Of a stretch of 64,000 nucleotides of DNA, positions 1 through 13,862 are shown in pieces. Under the pieces are notes generated by a model. That model saw nothing but the letters and a program-made list of their open reading frames with translations. It ran no database searches and had not been told where the DNA came from. Location of the stretch: assembly GCF_020745735.1 (NCBI RefSeq), contig NC_083410.1, positions 101,890,080 through 101,954,079 on the forward strand, in the 5' to 3' direction. This DNA comes from Hemiscyllium ocellatum (lineage: Eukaryota). Every line of letters starts with the position of its first letter. The first letter of the stretch is position 1. The translations under genes were made by a program, and so were the position numbers.

Positions 1-59
1 CTTCACAATACCCTTTTTTCCAAATATCTGCTTGGCATATTGACCATTTTCTATTTTAT

Positions 60-1803
60 TTTAGAGTAAGGTTAGGGCCAATCAAGCATAGTAGTGGGAA
101 GTTGTGCATGGAGTCAGGAGGTAGAGGAAACACTAAATGAATACTTTTTGTCAGTATTCACATCCGGATAAGACCATGTGGTCGAGAAGAATACTGAGAT
201 ACATGCTACTAGACAAGATATGATTGAGGTGCATAAGGAAGAGGTGTTAGCAAGTCTGAAAAGTGTAAAAATAGGTAAATCCCCTGGACGGATGGGATTT
301 ATCCTAGGATTCTCTGGGAAGCCAGGGAGGAGATTGCCAAGCCTTTGGCTTTGATCTTTATGGCGTCATTGTCTCCAGGAATAATGCCAGAAGACAGGAG
401 GATAGCAAATGTTGTTCCCTTGTTAAGAAAAATGAGTAGAGACAACCCTGGAAATTATAGACCTGTGAGCCTTACTTCGGTTGTGGGTAAAGTGTTGGAA
501 AGGGTTATAAGAGAGAGAATTTATAATCATCTAGAGATGAATAAGTTGATTAGGGACAGTTAACATGGTTTCGTGAAGAGCAGGTCGTGCCTCACAAACC
601 TTATTGAGCTCTTTGAGAAGGTGACCAAACAGGTGGATGAGGGAAAAGCAGTTGATGTGTTGTATATGGATTTCAGTAGGGCGTTTGATAAGGTTCCCCA
701 CAGCAGGCTATTGCACAAAATACGGAGGCATGGGATTGAGGGTGATTTAGCAGTTTGGCTAAATTGGCTTGCTGAAAGAAAATTTGATGTGGTGGTTGAT
801 GGGGAACATTCATCCTGGAGTTCGTTTACGAGTGGGATACCGCAAGGATCTGTTTTGGGTCCACTATTTTGTCATTTATATAAATGACCTGGATGAGAGC
901 ATAGAAGGATGGGTTAGTAAATCTACAGATAACACTAAGGTCGTTAGAGTTGTGGATAGTGACGAAGGATGTTGTAGGTTACAGAGTGACATAGACAAGC
1001 TGCAGAACTGGGCTGAGAGGTGGCAAATGGAGTTTAATGCAGAAAAGTGTGAGGTAATTCACTTTGGAAGGAGCAACAGGAATACAAATTACTGGGCTAA
1101 TGGTAAAATTCTTGGAAGTGTAGATGAGCAGAGAGATCTGTGTCCAGGTACATCGATTCTTGAAAGTTGCTACCCAGGTTGATTGGGTTGTGAAGAAGGC
1201 ATACGGTGTGTTAGCTTTTCCTGGTAGAAGGATTGAGTTTTGGGACTGTGAGATCATGCTGCAACTGTACAAAACTCTGGTGCAGCCACATTTAGAGTAT
1301 TGAGTACAGTCTGGTCACTGCATTATAGGAAGGATGTGGAAGCTTTGTGAAGGGGTCAGAGTAGATTTACTAGGATGTTGCCTGGTATGGAGGGAAGATC
1401 TTACGAGGAAAGGCTGAGGGACTTGAGGCTGTTTTCATTAGAGAGAAGCAGTTTGAGAGGCGACTCAATTGAGACATGTTAAGAGGGTTAGATAGGGTGG
1501 ACAGTGAGAGCCGTTTTCCTCAGATGGAGATGGCTAGAACGAGGGGACATAGCTTTAAATTGAGGGGGTATAGATATAGGACAGATGTCAGAAGTAGATT
1601 CTTTACTCAGTAGTAAGGGCGTGGAATGCACTACCTGCAGCAGTAGTAGACTTGCCAGTTTTAAGGGCATTTAAATGGTCATTGGATAGTCATGTGGACA
1701 AGGATGAAATAGTGTAGGTTAGATGGACTTCAAATTGTTTCCATAGGTCGGCGCAACATCGAGGGCCAAAGAGCCTGTGCTGCATTAATGTTCCATGTTC
1801 TAT
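60..1803 (+). mobile_element. CR1 LINE, 5'-truncated ORF2 (RT) + 3' tail, degenerate
   Basis: Broken ORFs with GNYRPVSLTS, YMDFSRAFDKVPH, GIPQGSVLGP; tail ttccatgttctat. Confidence 0.92.
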
Positions 1804-2864
1804 TTTAATTTCCAGAGTCCATGGTATTTTGCTTTTCTAGAAGTATCTAGAAGCTAGTAATAAATCATTTTTGTTTAGCTTACTCATCTGATGTGGGTAT
1901 CTCAACAATCATACAGTTGACAATTTGTGTGGTTATACTTTTCAGTGGGTTTCATCAGTTAGTGTTCCATTGATAGCAGAATTTGAAATGATATTGATCT
2001 ATCATTCCAAGCCTATGCATTTGTCAATATGTTCTAGATAGTGAGAGAATGGAATGTATGGAACAGGAGTGGAGGCAAGTCCAACTGAGCCACTCAAGGA
2101 CACTATATGGGGGTAGGGCAGGAGACTGGCACGCAACAGTACAGCTGGTGCAAACTGAATGGCATCCTGCTATTCCATAATAATTCTGTGATTCTGTGAA
2201 TGCCAAGTTCTTGAATGTTTTTTGAGGAAATGGGCAATGGGTGGTTATATCTGGAAACATGGGGAATCAATGGGGTTCCATCACTGTTTTCAGTTAAATG
2301 AAGACATGTAAAGAAACTTTAGTGATGTTGAATGTGCTGTATCTGTATGCTATGAACATATGGCATTATTAATAGTGTAAAAGTGTCTTAAAATCAGTCA
2401 ATAAGTATTGAACATGTCTTGTCATTTGCCCATCCATGAGATTCGATAATACCACCTTAGAGATACTGCTTTACTAAGGCTAATAGAACATTGTAAAGTG
2501 TTGGTCAGGAAGTGACCATGTTCATTTAGCCAATCCTTTCAAGTTTCCCATTAGGTGCTGTACTATGATTTTGAAAACAATAATGCTGAATCCAGTAGAA
2601 TAACAGGAATGATTTAGCTGTGTGCTAAAGCATTTTATTTGCTTACTTGACTGCCTTCAATCTTCATAGCTAACCAGCAAACCAGCAAAATGTCAAGCAC
2701 ATATTCTAGCTGTGTTACCTCAAAATACTTTTCCATTTGTGCTATAATTTACACATTACCCCTTATTTTATCAAATCTTGAGTGCACACTTCAGACCTAT
2801 GTTAAACTCCACCTGCCATATCTCAACAGATAAACACATTGATTATTACCCACACAATTTAAAA

Positions 2865-2990
2865 GTATTACAAATGCTGAAGATCTGAAATACAAACAGA
2901 AAGTGATGGAGAAACTCAGCAGTTCTGACAGGATCTGTGCAGAGAAAAAGTTAAAAATTCGAGCCTGACATGACTCTTCAGAACTCAGTT
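2865..2990 (-). mobile_element. Short Penelope-like fragment with decayed hammerhead motif
   Basis: caaatgctgaagatctgaaatacaaacagaaa...actcagcagttctg terminus; the reverse strand reads CTGAAGA-gtcatgtcaggctc-GAAt. Confidence 0.6.
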
Positions 2991-3315
2991 GACTAGTATG
3001 CAACTTGATTAGTACCCAATTGGATCTCATTCACAGATGTTTCAAACAATAATCTCTTTGATACTGTAATGATATCCTAGAATGTGTGTACACATTAACC
3101 AAAAATCTAATGTCTAATCCCACATTATGAATTTGAGTATGGATTGATTCACTTTGCTAAACAGTTCCCTGCAGCAAAGCAGTTCACAGGCTCAATCCAG
3201 TGGGGAAGGAAAATCATCAGTTATTTTGGATTGTTTCCAAGTAACATAACTTAATTTAAATATCCAATATGATGTAAAGCCAGACAGAGAAATACATGTT
3301 CATGCAAGCTATCTC

Positions 3316-3582
3316 AGATTCCCTACAGTGTAGAAGCAGGCTATTTGGCCCATCAAGTCCACATTGACCTTCTAAAAAGCATCCCACCCAGACCCATCCC
3401 AACCCTGTAATCCGATATTTCCCAGGGCCAATTCACCTAACTTGCTCATCTTTGGATTGTGGGAGGAAACCGGAGAACCAGGAGGAAACCCATGTAGGGC
3501 ACAGAGAGAATGTGCAAACTCTACTCACAGGTCCCTTACACCGTGAGGCAGCAGTGGTAACCATTAAGCCACCATGCAGCCC
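3316..3582 (-). mobile_element. HE1-type V-SINE, diverged
   Basis: gtgggaggaaaccggag...tgtgcaaact core and tRNA-like head. Confidence 0.8.
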
Positions 3583-3644
3583 CAATTTCTACAATAATTG
3601 TATCTAGCAATCTACAGATATTGCTGTGGTTTTAAAACATTTCA

Positions 3645-4745
3645 CAGGATGTAAATGTCACTGTTAAGGTGAACATTTGCTCATCCCCACTAGCCCTTGA
3701 ACTGAGTGGCTTGTTTGGTCATTTCAAAGAGTAATTAAATATCAACCACATTACTGAGAGTTGGGAGTCACTGGTAGACCAGACTAGGCAAGGAATGCAG
3801 ATTTCCTTCCGTCAACTGAATCCATAACTTGGAGAATCGAATGGTCGGGTGGTTGGTATTGCCTCTAGTGGGAGGTGGAGGAATTGGTTTGCAGGATAGG
3901 AACAGCAGATAGGAGCTTTGGACTGTAACAGCAATTATCAAAATACAGAAATTCGCCAAAGATCATTAGGCAGGGACATCTAACTAAACTTGCAAATCTC
4001 TTCAGTTAAAATGTTCATTGCTGAATGGTTCAAACCTCAAGACCCTCATCTAAACAGTAAAAAAGAACAAGGAAGGGAATTCAATAGGGAAAGAAGTGAA
4101 GTTAAAAAAGACAGTGGGAGCATAAAAAGAAAATTGGGTTGGGACTTGAAGATCGTGGTGAAATGACTGGAAGGAGGCATGTAATGATGTTACTGATGCA
4201 ATGCAGCAATTCACCGAGGTTCCTTCGACAGCATCTTCCAAATGTTCCAACCCCTACCATAGAGAATGACGAGGGCCAGAGATACATGGGAACAACGTCA
4301 CCTGCAAGTTTCTGCGAGTCACTTACCATCCTGACTTGGAAATATGTTGCTGTTCCTTCACTCTTGCTTGGGTCAAAATCCTGGAAATCACCCCTTCCCC
4401 CAAATAGAATTGTGGTGTCTACCTTACACACTTGGGCAGCAGCGGTTCAAGAAGGCAGCTAATCACCATCTTCTCAAAGTTAACTAGGGATAGACAAACT
4501 CTGGTCCGGCCAGCAATGTCCACCTCCTATGAGTGATAAAAGGACGTGATTGAATCAGGTGGGTTTTTATGACAGCAGACTTTAGTTCCATGGTTGCCAT
4601 TACTGAAACTAGCTTTGAATTCCAGATTTTTTTTTTATTAATTGCATTTAAATTCTACCAACTGCTTTGACACAATTTGGACCCATTTCCCCATTGTCTT
4701 GGATTTTTAGATTACTGGTCCAGTGACAATACCATGATGCAGCCA
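3645..4745 (-). mobile_element. tRNA-derived SINE (second family), split by an insert containing a LINE 3' end (+, ~4190-4540)
   Basis: 3645-3815 and 4549-4745 match the SINE at 43303/44938. The inner LINE tail (ccagcaatgtccacctcctatgagtgataaaa) resembles the SINE tail. Confidence 0.6.
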
Positions 4746-6749
4746 TCTGCAAAATATGTACAGGTATATGCATTTTGTAGTCCCTGTGAAGCAAGATAAA
4801 ATGCTTCCAAATATGTGCTGTAATGAGGGTAGGTAGTGTAGGCAGCAATATTAGGATCTTTAGTAGTTCACTAACAGTTCATCAGTTGAGTTACCTCAAC
4901 TGGTAATGGTTGGGCCAGGATCTGCAGCACAGTAATAATGCTTATTTGAGGAACTCACCAGTCCTGGTACATTTATGTTTTTTGAAGAAATAGTCAAAAT
5001 AGGTCCTGGGGTGAAATTATTTCAAATCTGGAAAATTGTCAGCAAATAAGTGGGTTTGTATGTTAAATGGTCCTTCGTACCTCTTCAGCAGGATTTTATA
5101 TTATGTTGCGTAGCTGGCTAGCATAGCTGCCATTCACCATTCATTTGATCAGATTCAAGCATTACTGTGGAGGTTTTAATCACCTGCCTTACTATATGCT
5201 GTATATATCAGATTTTATTCAGTGTTTAAGTAACGAAGAATTGAGCTTTATATTGCAAATGATCATTTAGAATGTAAAACTTGAGAAGCTAGTAAAATAT
5301 TTATATAAACAGGTTAGTTGTCAGGCATACTATATTTGCAGTGTCTATTTAGAACTTTACATTAAAGCAAATAAATAATTTTAAATTTCACATTTGTATA
5401 AAAACTGATCAGTTCATTGTTCCCATCCGCTTTATCAGGTTGTTGAATTTAACAAGATCTGTTAGCAAGTATTGTATTGATCATATCAGGGAATGGCTTC
5501 ATTTTTTTTCTAGGTAAAAGAAACTTTGGTTATGCCATAATTAGGCTTGGTTGTGTTCTGCTGGGGCTTTACTATTGGTGTTAGTGATAGAATAGCAGGA
5601 TCCTGGTTTGTTTATCAAAATATATGTTCATTAATTAGCCTTGAAACATTTTGTTTTGAGCTGATTAATCACATCTGATTATTATCCATCTATATTGGTC
5701 ATTGATTTGGGTGTGATGAGAGAAAACAGGATGCTTTCAGAATGTGTTGCAGAATAATTGCTAAGAAAGCAGTTTCCAATGGAGTTTGTTTCATTAAAGC
5801 TCTCAGCATATGCCTAATCCATGAGTTGTTTGTGGCCAAGACAAAGCACGGTTACATAACTCACTCAATTTTAAAATCGCATCTCCAAAATAGTGATTTT
5901 ATTCTGAATCATCAGTTAAAGGTGTGGGTGAAAAAGTGATGAGATAGGAAATAGCTTTGCATTGGGTCAAAGAGGGAACGTGATGGAGTAGATATCACTT
6001 AAAAAAAAATTAAAAGATATAAATCAATAATGCTACATAATGTCTACTTAAAACTGAAAATCTGTTATTTTAAAATAAATTTAAAATAGTCTTCCAAACC
6101 TAATATTGATCTTGCAGAAATGATGAATTCTAAAGTCTAATATTATTTTTGTAAACCTTGGTAATACAGATAAAAGTAAAATTCAATTTTGATTAAAGAA
6201 TTGAATTTGCGTAAGATTTATTCAGTACATCTGTAACTTTAAAAAAAGAAATTGCAATGTAGTAACTTCATAAACCAATGCAACTAACTTAAGTTCCATT
6301 AAAAGGAACATCAAAAATCAGTTCACTTCTGAAATCTGAGCTCCATTTGTCACTCTAAATTATGAATTCAAAATCATGAATAACATGAATACAGTGCTAC
6401 TTAGCACTTTATTCATGCTGTGGGAATGATGTCTTCAGTCCTAACTACTAAATAACATGACGTTCTTTCTCTTGGCTGTTTTACTGAAAAAAAAGTATTT
6501 AACTTTATTATGTTTTGTTATCCCAGAGTTTCCAAATGTCACAAAATCCTAGATTAACAAGGCAGTATAGCAGCCTACTTGTAACCCTTCTTTAATGCCA
6601 TAGTACAAATGGCTTTTTGAAAGCAGTAGATGTATCATGGGATGCGTGATTATCATTACTTCCATCTGCTGCGCAACTGTAACCAACCATGTTGCCAGTA
6701 ATATTGCACCATGTTTAAACATTGTGTATTCAGGATTTCAATACATGAC

Positions 6750-7125
6750 CCAATTTGACATGTCAGTGCAGTAATGCTTTGTTGGAGGAGCCATCTTTTT
6801 AGATGGCATGTTGAACTGAATCCCTGGCTGACTGTTCAAGGAATCACTGTATCTTACTGAAAAACAGTAAAGGGAAGACACAAAATTCTGTAGGAAAGCC
6901 AACACTATTTTAAGAAAAACGTTTTTCAGTTGTCCAGGTCAATATTCACTCCTCAGCCACGAAGAAAATGTAGGCTGATCACTCATTCATTCATTTGACT
7001 TCTATGTACAAATTTGTCTGTCGTATTTCCCACATTGAAAACTGCAAACGCACTACAAGTATATATTGGTTATACAGCGCTTTTGGATGTCACCATGTGG
7101 TAAGGCACTGCATTATTAGATTCCT
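6750..7125 (+). mobile_element. Old DeuSINE (SacSINE1/AmnSINE-like), degenerate
   Basis: cagtgcagta...ttggaggagccatctttt...ttgtccaggtcaatatt...attggttatacagcgcttttggatgtc resembles the recalled Deu-domain and 3' tail. Confidence 0.6.
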
Positions 7126-7574
7126 TCTATTTTTACTGCCCCTTGTGAAAGTACTTGCCTTTACTTGTGTTTTGAACTTGAGATCTTTTTGTGGGAAACA
7201 ATTCCGTATTATACAGTGCTTTGGAATGTCAGCAAAAGACTTACCTTCTGGTGAATATTGATTAGCAGGAACATGTAAGATTTTGTATCTGACATGGATG
7301 CATACTACTTAAAAATACTATTTCAAGTATTTAGTTCAATGCACTAACAATAAAATCCAAAATGGTTTTCTTAGCAAACACCCTGAAATACATTGGCAAA
7401 TATTCTTTCTCCAAAGTTGTCTATTTTTTCATGTTCCTGATTCAAATGTTTCTGCAACAAGATCAATTAATCCCATGAGTTTATTTTATTGAACACTTTG
7501 ACACTAAAAATACCCAGTGAAAAATGCAGCTTTGAAGTGATTTGAATTTTAGCTGCATAGCATATCCCACCAAC

Positions 7575-7893
7575 TTAGATTAGATTAGATTACTTACAGT
7601 GTGGAAACAGGCCCTTCAGCCCAACAAGTCCACACCGACCCGCCGAAGCGCAACCCACCCATTCCCCTACATTTACCCCTTTACCTAACACTATGGGCAA
7701 TTTAGCATGGCCAATTCACCTAACCCCTGCACATCTTTGGACTGTGGGAGGAAACCGGAGCACCCGGAGGAAACCCACGCAGACACGGGGAGAATGTGCA
7801 AACTCCACACAGTCAGTCGCCTGAGTCAGGAATTGAACCCGGGTCTCTGGCGCTGTGAGGCAGCAGTGCTAGCCACTGTGCCACCGTGCCACC
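7575..7893 (-). mobile_element. HE1-type V-SINE, young
   Basis: Nearly identical to 30554-30863; tRNA-like head with A/B boxes on the minus strand; (tagat)n tail. Confidence 0.92.
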
Positions 7894-8734
7894 CTGTCAA
7901 GCTGTCCCCATAATAGAGTGTAGGCTAGCGCCAAAATTGGCAGGGAGCTCATGATATTCACCTAATTAATACTCTGTTGAACTCATTAAAAGCTGGGTTG
8001 ACCCCAACAATACCCTGCCCGTGCCAAACTAGCTGATGTAGGCAGTCAGACAGGAGTGGGCAGGCTGCTTTAGAAGACCTATGTGAATAAAGTTGGGAAA
8101 GAAGGGGTGTATATCATTACGGGTGTGCCCATGCGTGCATCAGGTGTATCGCCCCATCAAGATGCCTTCCCAACCTTCCTTTCAACCTAATCAAACCTTG
8201 GTCTGTTCTCACCTTCCATACAATCTAGGCTCCCTCCCCACTTTAAAACCCAGGAATTGGCTTCTCAAGAAGCCATTACCTTCTTAGACCTTCTTCTATC
8301 CTAGCAGTGCCAGGACTGAGAGCTACTGGCCATCAATTTGACCTGCAGCTCTCATGGGCAGAACATCTTCACCAAGGGCTGAAATTCCACAATTAGGCAA
8401 TGTAGCCTACACAGATTGTTATGGATGCAGGCCCAGATAGTTCCTGATTGATCAGATTGCTGCCAACTTTTGATCTATAGACAGAGCAGACCACTTCTCT
8501 CTAATGTTTTGCTCATCGAATCTCGGAGCTCAAGTAATCAAATACGCTTTGAAGAAAATCATGAATACAGACAAAAGTCCAACGAGTATTGTTTGGTTTT
8601 ACTAACCTAAGTTTTTTTTTCCCACAAGCAAGCACCATAATTGTACAAATTTAAAATAATAGAATGGCTACAATGCTGGAGTCCATTCGACATATTGAGT
8701 ATGTGTCAATTAATTGCAAGGAGAAAGTGGCTGT

Positions 8735-10180
8735 GTTCATTATTCCTGATGTGGTCTCCTCTGTATTGGGGAGACAGGACGGCAACTTACGGAAGGGTTT
8801 AGGAAGAAATTTCTGGGACACGCACCCAACAACTTCACTGCTCTGTGACCGACCACTTCAATTCCCCTTCCCACTCTGCCAAGGACATGCAAGTCCTGGG
8901 CTGCCTGCACCACCAAATCCAAGCCACCCAACACCTGGAGGAATGCCTCATCTTCCACCTTAAGATCCTCCTACCACATGGCATAAATGTTGATTTCACT
9001 AATTTCCTCATCTCCTCTTCCCCCATTTTATCCCAGATCCAATCCTATTGACACGAAAGTCGGTGGAGTTGTGGACAGCGAAGAAGGATGTGGCAGGTTA
9101 CAGCGGGATATAGATAAGTTGTAGAGCTGGGCAGAAAAGTGGCAAATGGAGATCAATGTAGCTAAGTGTGAAGTCATTCACTTTGGTAGGGTAACAAGAA
9201 GATGGATTACTGGACTAATGGTAGGCTACTTGGTAGTGTGGATGAGCAGAGGGATCTTGGTGTCCATGTACACAGATCTCTGAAAGTTGCCACCCAGATA
9301 AATAGTGCTGTGAAGAAGGCATATGGTGTACTGGGCTTTATTGGTAGAGGAATTGAGTTCCGGAGTCCTGAGGTCATGTTGCATTTGTATAAGACTCTGG
9401 TGCGGCCTCATCTGGAGTATTGTGTGCAGTTTTGGTCGCCATACTATAGGAAGGATGTGGAGGCATTGGAACGAGTGCAGAGGAGGTTTACCAGGATGTT
9501 GCCTGGCATGGTAGGAAGATCGTATGAGGAAAGGCTGAGGCACTTGGGGCTGTTCTCATTGGAGAAAAGGAGGTTTGGGGGAGATTTGACAGAGGTGTAC
9601 AAGATGATTAGGGGTTTAGATAGGGTTGACAGTGAGAACCTTTTTCCGCTAATGGAGTCAGCTGTTACTAGGGGACACAGCTTTAAATTTAGGGGTGGTA
9701 GGTATAGGACAGATGTTAGGGGTAGATTCTTTACTCAGCGGGTTGAGAGTTCATGGAATGACCTGTCAGTTGCAGTGGTGGACTCTCCCTCTTTATGGTC
9801 ATTTAAGCGGGCATTGGATAAGCATATGGAGGTTATTGGGCTAGTGTAGGTTAGGTAGGCTTTGGTTGGCGCAACATCGAGGGCCGAAGGGCCTGTACTG
9901 CGCTGTATTTTTCTATGTTCTATAATTCAGCACCGTCCTACCTGTCAATCTTCCTTCTCACCTATCCGCTCTGACCTATCGCCATCACCCTTACCTTCAT
10001 CTAACCTATCGCATTTGCAGCTTCCATTTTCCGCCACCTCCCCCCCCGCCCCACCCCGCCCCACCCCACCGCCCCACCCCGCCCCACCCCGATGAAGGGC
10101 TTATGCCCAAAACATCGACCCTCCTGCTCCTCGGATGCTGTCTGATTTGCTGTGCTTTTCCAGTGCCACACATTTTGACA
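8735..10180 (+). mobile_element. Penelope-like element (GIY-YIG 3' end), interrupted by CR1 9049-9922
   Basis: CIGETGRQL...HFNSPSHS...EECLIFHL...PHGINVDF. The element resumes at ~9925 and ends with a decayed hammerhead (10086-10118) and a gatttgctgtgcttttccag terminus. Confidence 0.8.
9049..9922 (+). mobile_element. CR1 LINE 3' fragment, young
   Basis: Uninterrupted 215-aa C-terminal ORF2 (LYKTLVRPHLEYCVQFWSP); tail ttctatgttctat. Confidence 0.95.
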
Positions 10181-10199
10181 CTGACATTTAATTGCAAGA

Positions 10200-11060
10200 G
10201 CAATGTATCTCGTCCCCATGTATCCTATCTTTGCAATTATTTTGTTTCCTTTCAGGAGATTATCCAATTTCCTTTTGAAAGCCATTATTCAATCTGCCAC
10301 TACCACTCTAATGGTGTATTCAGATTCTAACTGCTCGTTAGTGAAAAAGCTCTCGCTCATGTTACCTTCGTTTCTTTTGCCAATCACTTTAACTCTGCAT
10401 GTTCTAATTCTCAACCCTTCTCTTGATGAAAACAGGTTTTTTTCTCAATCTACCTTCTCTAGGTCTCTCATGATTTTGAACAACTCTATCAAACCTGCTC
10501 TGAAACTTCTCCTTTATAGAGCTATACAGCACGGAAGCAGACCCTTCAGTCCGAATCGTCCATGCCGACCTGATATCCTAAATAATCTAGTCCCATTTGC
10601 CAGCACTTGGCCTATGTCTCTTTCAATCCTTCCTATTCATATACCCACCCTTTTAAATGTTGTAATTGTACCAGCCTCCACCACTTCCTTTGGCAGCTCA
10701 TTCTATACACCTACCATGCTCTGTGTGAAGAAGTTGCCCCTTAAGTCTCATTTAAACCTTTTTGCCTCTCGCCCTAAACCTATGCCCTTTAGTTCTGGAC
10801 TCCCCCACCCAAGGAAAAGACCTTGTCTATTTACCCTATTCATGCCCCTGATGATTTTATAAACCTCTAAAAGGTCACCCTAGGTTTCCGACGCTCCAGG
10901 GAAAACAGCCCCAACCTATTCAACCTCCTCCAATAGCTCACACCTTCCAACCTTGGCAACATCCTTAAATCTTTTCCGACTTCTTTAAAGTATCCATGTA
11001 AGTGAAGTTCCTGTCCCTAAAACAATTCTCCTAAATCCTGACTGCACCTTAAATCCTTAA
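10200..11060 (-). mobile_element. Old CR1 3' fragment with a younger CR1 3' end nested (~10517-10975)
   Basis: Reverse complement of the CR1 3' UTR and C-terminal ORF2, in two divergence classes. Confidence 0.8.
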
Positions 11061-11379
11061 AGTCTGCATGTTATTTACTACTATTATTCACATGATGTGC
11101 ATGTTTTAACACGTAGGGTAATTCTGTAATGTATTTTAAAATATCTGGTCGTTATACAGTTACATGGTTACAAATATGAGACATTACCTTAAATTATTTC
11201 AGTAAAATTACAGTTTAAGTTAACTAATCCTGTAACCTTAGTGTGGCATTCAAAAATATATTTGCAAATCATCTCAACTCTTTTCCGCACCTCATTTTCC
11301 CCCATTCATCTGCATTTCTATACCCTCTTTAAATTCATTTTGTCCATAACATATTCCTCTTGCTGGCTCAGTCTTATTC

Positions 11380-12500
11380 CTATTAAACTGTTATCCGTCC
11401 CAGTTCCTTCCTTTGCTATATCGTAATTGACATTGTAAATAGTTCCCTTTACTGACGGTCTTCAAAATGATCATCATGACCATCCATTTCAAACATTTTG
11501 CAGTCGATGTCTATATATTGTACCATCACCAACCTCCCTTTCCTCTCCAAAATCCTTGAATGTTTCATCCCCCAGATTTGTGTCCCAAAACTATTCATTT
11601 GCATCCCTTAAAACTGATCTCTGTCCCTCTCTCATCAATAAAGACACCCTACTCAAAGTTATGAATAACATTTTCTTTGTGTTATTCTTCCTTAAACTGT
11701 ATGCAATCTTTAACATAGGCACTCATATCATCTAACACCTTTTCTTAGACAAGCTTAGGTAGGCTATCTTCAGTTGTTTCCACTCCTGCCTATCCAAGGA
11801 TAGCCAGAGTATCACTGTGAAAGTCTCATTTTCCAATACCTCAAGAATCCCTTGAGAATCCATCCTAAGTCTCCTCCTGTTCAACAGCTACGTGTTTGGT
11901 GATATATATGGATATGAGATCAACTTCCATATATATGCTGATGACACTTTGCTCTCTCTCTCTCTCTTTAACTTTCTGATTTCCTTCATTATTGCTGTAC
12001 TATCAGACTGCTTATCTGACATCTTTAACAGCCTGCAATTCCCTTCAACTAAACATTGGTAAAAGCAAGCTCCACAACTTTCACCATTGCCACAAAGTTG
12101 GTACACTTGTGACCAGCTCTCTCTTCTCCTTGGTCACTATCGCAGTGTATAAGAGTGGATGAAAACTGGCAAGCATTCAACTCTAGATCTTTGCCTTCAC
12201 AGACAACCTCACTATCTGTATGTTATTTTCTGCCTTTGTCTGTACCTTAGCCTATTTGTTTCATTATTTGCAAAGAACATCTTAAGAGTCAGCTATTACA
12301 ATGCTCTGCTGGACAGTCTCTGATTTTTTTCACCATCCGTAGAAATCAACCCCGCATTTGTTCCTGGTTCCTAAGTTTATATAATGAATTTAAACTTAAT
12401 GTTTAAATCCACACCACACTTTGCTTATCCCTAATTCTGCAACATTAACAGTTGTGCCATAACTGCCTTGTCCCCTTTGAAACTTTGTTTCTCGGATTAC
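11380..12500 (+). mobile_element. L2-like LINE remnant
   Basis: aacttccatatatatgctgatgacact (FHIYADDT) preceded by a decayed PQGS.LG-like segment; pyrimidine-rich. Confidence 0.55.
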
Positions 12501-12884
12501 AGCCTCCTGAGCTTTTTCCACTTTGCTCAACGATTAGCAATTCTCCTTTCAGTCTAGTTTACTGTAAAATCACCATATATAGTCATTTCCAAGCATTTAA
12601 TAAATTATATACTTCAGGGAATCATTTTGGTGTAATTTATCCAAAAATATTAGCAATGAGAAATCACATTACAAAATCAATAACTGATCATTTGTCTTGT
12701 CTTTCATGTTTTTGCTATACTGAGTTATCTGCACCTAAAATTGAGCCATATTTTTGTTTATGTTCTAAGGAATTAGTTGATGTTAACATAGGAAAATTAT
12801 TTATAAGATTTATGTAATGAAGTGATTATAATTTTTGAACTATGAAAGCTGCATTTAAAATTAAATCGGTGTTTTTCTTTACAG

Positions 12885-13862
12885 AAAGATACATGAATCT
12901 GGTCAAGAGAAGAAACCACCATTTATTTACTGGAAAATGGTGCCACAAATAGATAAGTCAGATAACACAGCTGATTCTGTCATGGACATCAGTGGTGACA
13001 GACACAGTTGGGATAAACCAGAAGATAATGACTTGGTCATGAACATTAGCAATTACAAGGAAACATGTCATGAGAAAGAGCAACATAGCACATCTGATGC
13101 AGAGATTGGATGCAATAATACAAATGAAATAGAAGAGGAGAAAGATAAAGGTAGCAAGATTGCACAAAATAGTTCATTAAATAACAAAGAAGCTAATGTT
13201 AAGAATGAAGAAGATACTGGAGAGGATGAAACTGAAGACTTGGAAAATGAAGATGACGATAACGATAATGACACAGAGTATGAAGTAGAAGATGATGAAG
13301 AAAATAGTACAGATGATGATGATGATGATAATAGTAAAGATGAAGACTATCAGAATGAGCATGATCCTGAACCAAACTATTCTGATGAGGACGTTGATGT
13401 AAAGAAAGGCAGTAAGAGGGGAAGATCACGAAAGTCAAATCATAAAATAAAGTGTGACAAATGTGATGATGAATTTAATTCCAGAAAGGATTATGTGGTT
13501 CATTGCAAAGATATTCACCAGTCATTACCGGGAAAAGTCTATCACTGTGAGATCTGTGGGAAGGCTTTTGCAACGCACAACAGTTGGAAAGAACATTGTG
13601 CTTGTGTTCACAGTGATGAAAGGCACTTTGCCTGCACCTTATGCAATGCAACTTTTAAGAGAAAAAGAGATGTGCGGACACATTATGCACGGAAGCATGA
13701 AGGGCGTATTAAACGTCCACTATGTTCTGTTTGTGGGAAAATTCTGAGCTCACGAACAGCACTGGTGTTTCACATGCGGACACACACTGGAGAGAAGCCT
13801 TACGAATGCTCCATTTGCCATTCTCGATTTGCCCAACCATCACAGCTGAAAATACACACAAG
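12885..13862 (+). CDS. GZF1-like paralog, large exon: acidic region + C2H2 fingers 1-5
   Basis: Acceptor tttttctttacag ends at 12884. The frame is open from the acceptor (KIHESGQEKKPPFIYWK) to the ATG at 12937. An Asp/Glu-rich tract is followed by fingers collinear with GZF1 (ERHFACTLCNATFKRKRDVRTH, CGKILSSRTAL, RFAQPSQLKIHTR). Donor AG/gtcatg at 13863. Confidence 0.9.

Noticed and set aside
7800-7893. tRNA genes at SINE heads (also ~30780-30863, 52735-52810)
   Set aside because: tRNA-derived SINE heads continuous with SINE bodies, not standalone tRNAs.
8600-8963. Branch point/acceptor-like sequence and 99-aa ORF as a possible upstream exon of the paralog
   Set aside because: No BTB or other recognisable domain; it runs into a Penelope fragment and I see no convincing donor.
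9202-9849. Domesticated or active RT gene
   Set aside because: Only the C-terminal part of a 5'-truncated CR1; the open frame reflects young age.
10203-10862. 219-aa hydrophobic ORF
   Set aside because: Antisense reading of nested CR1 fragments.
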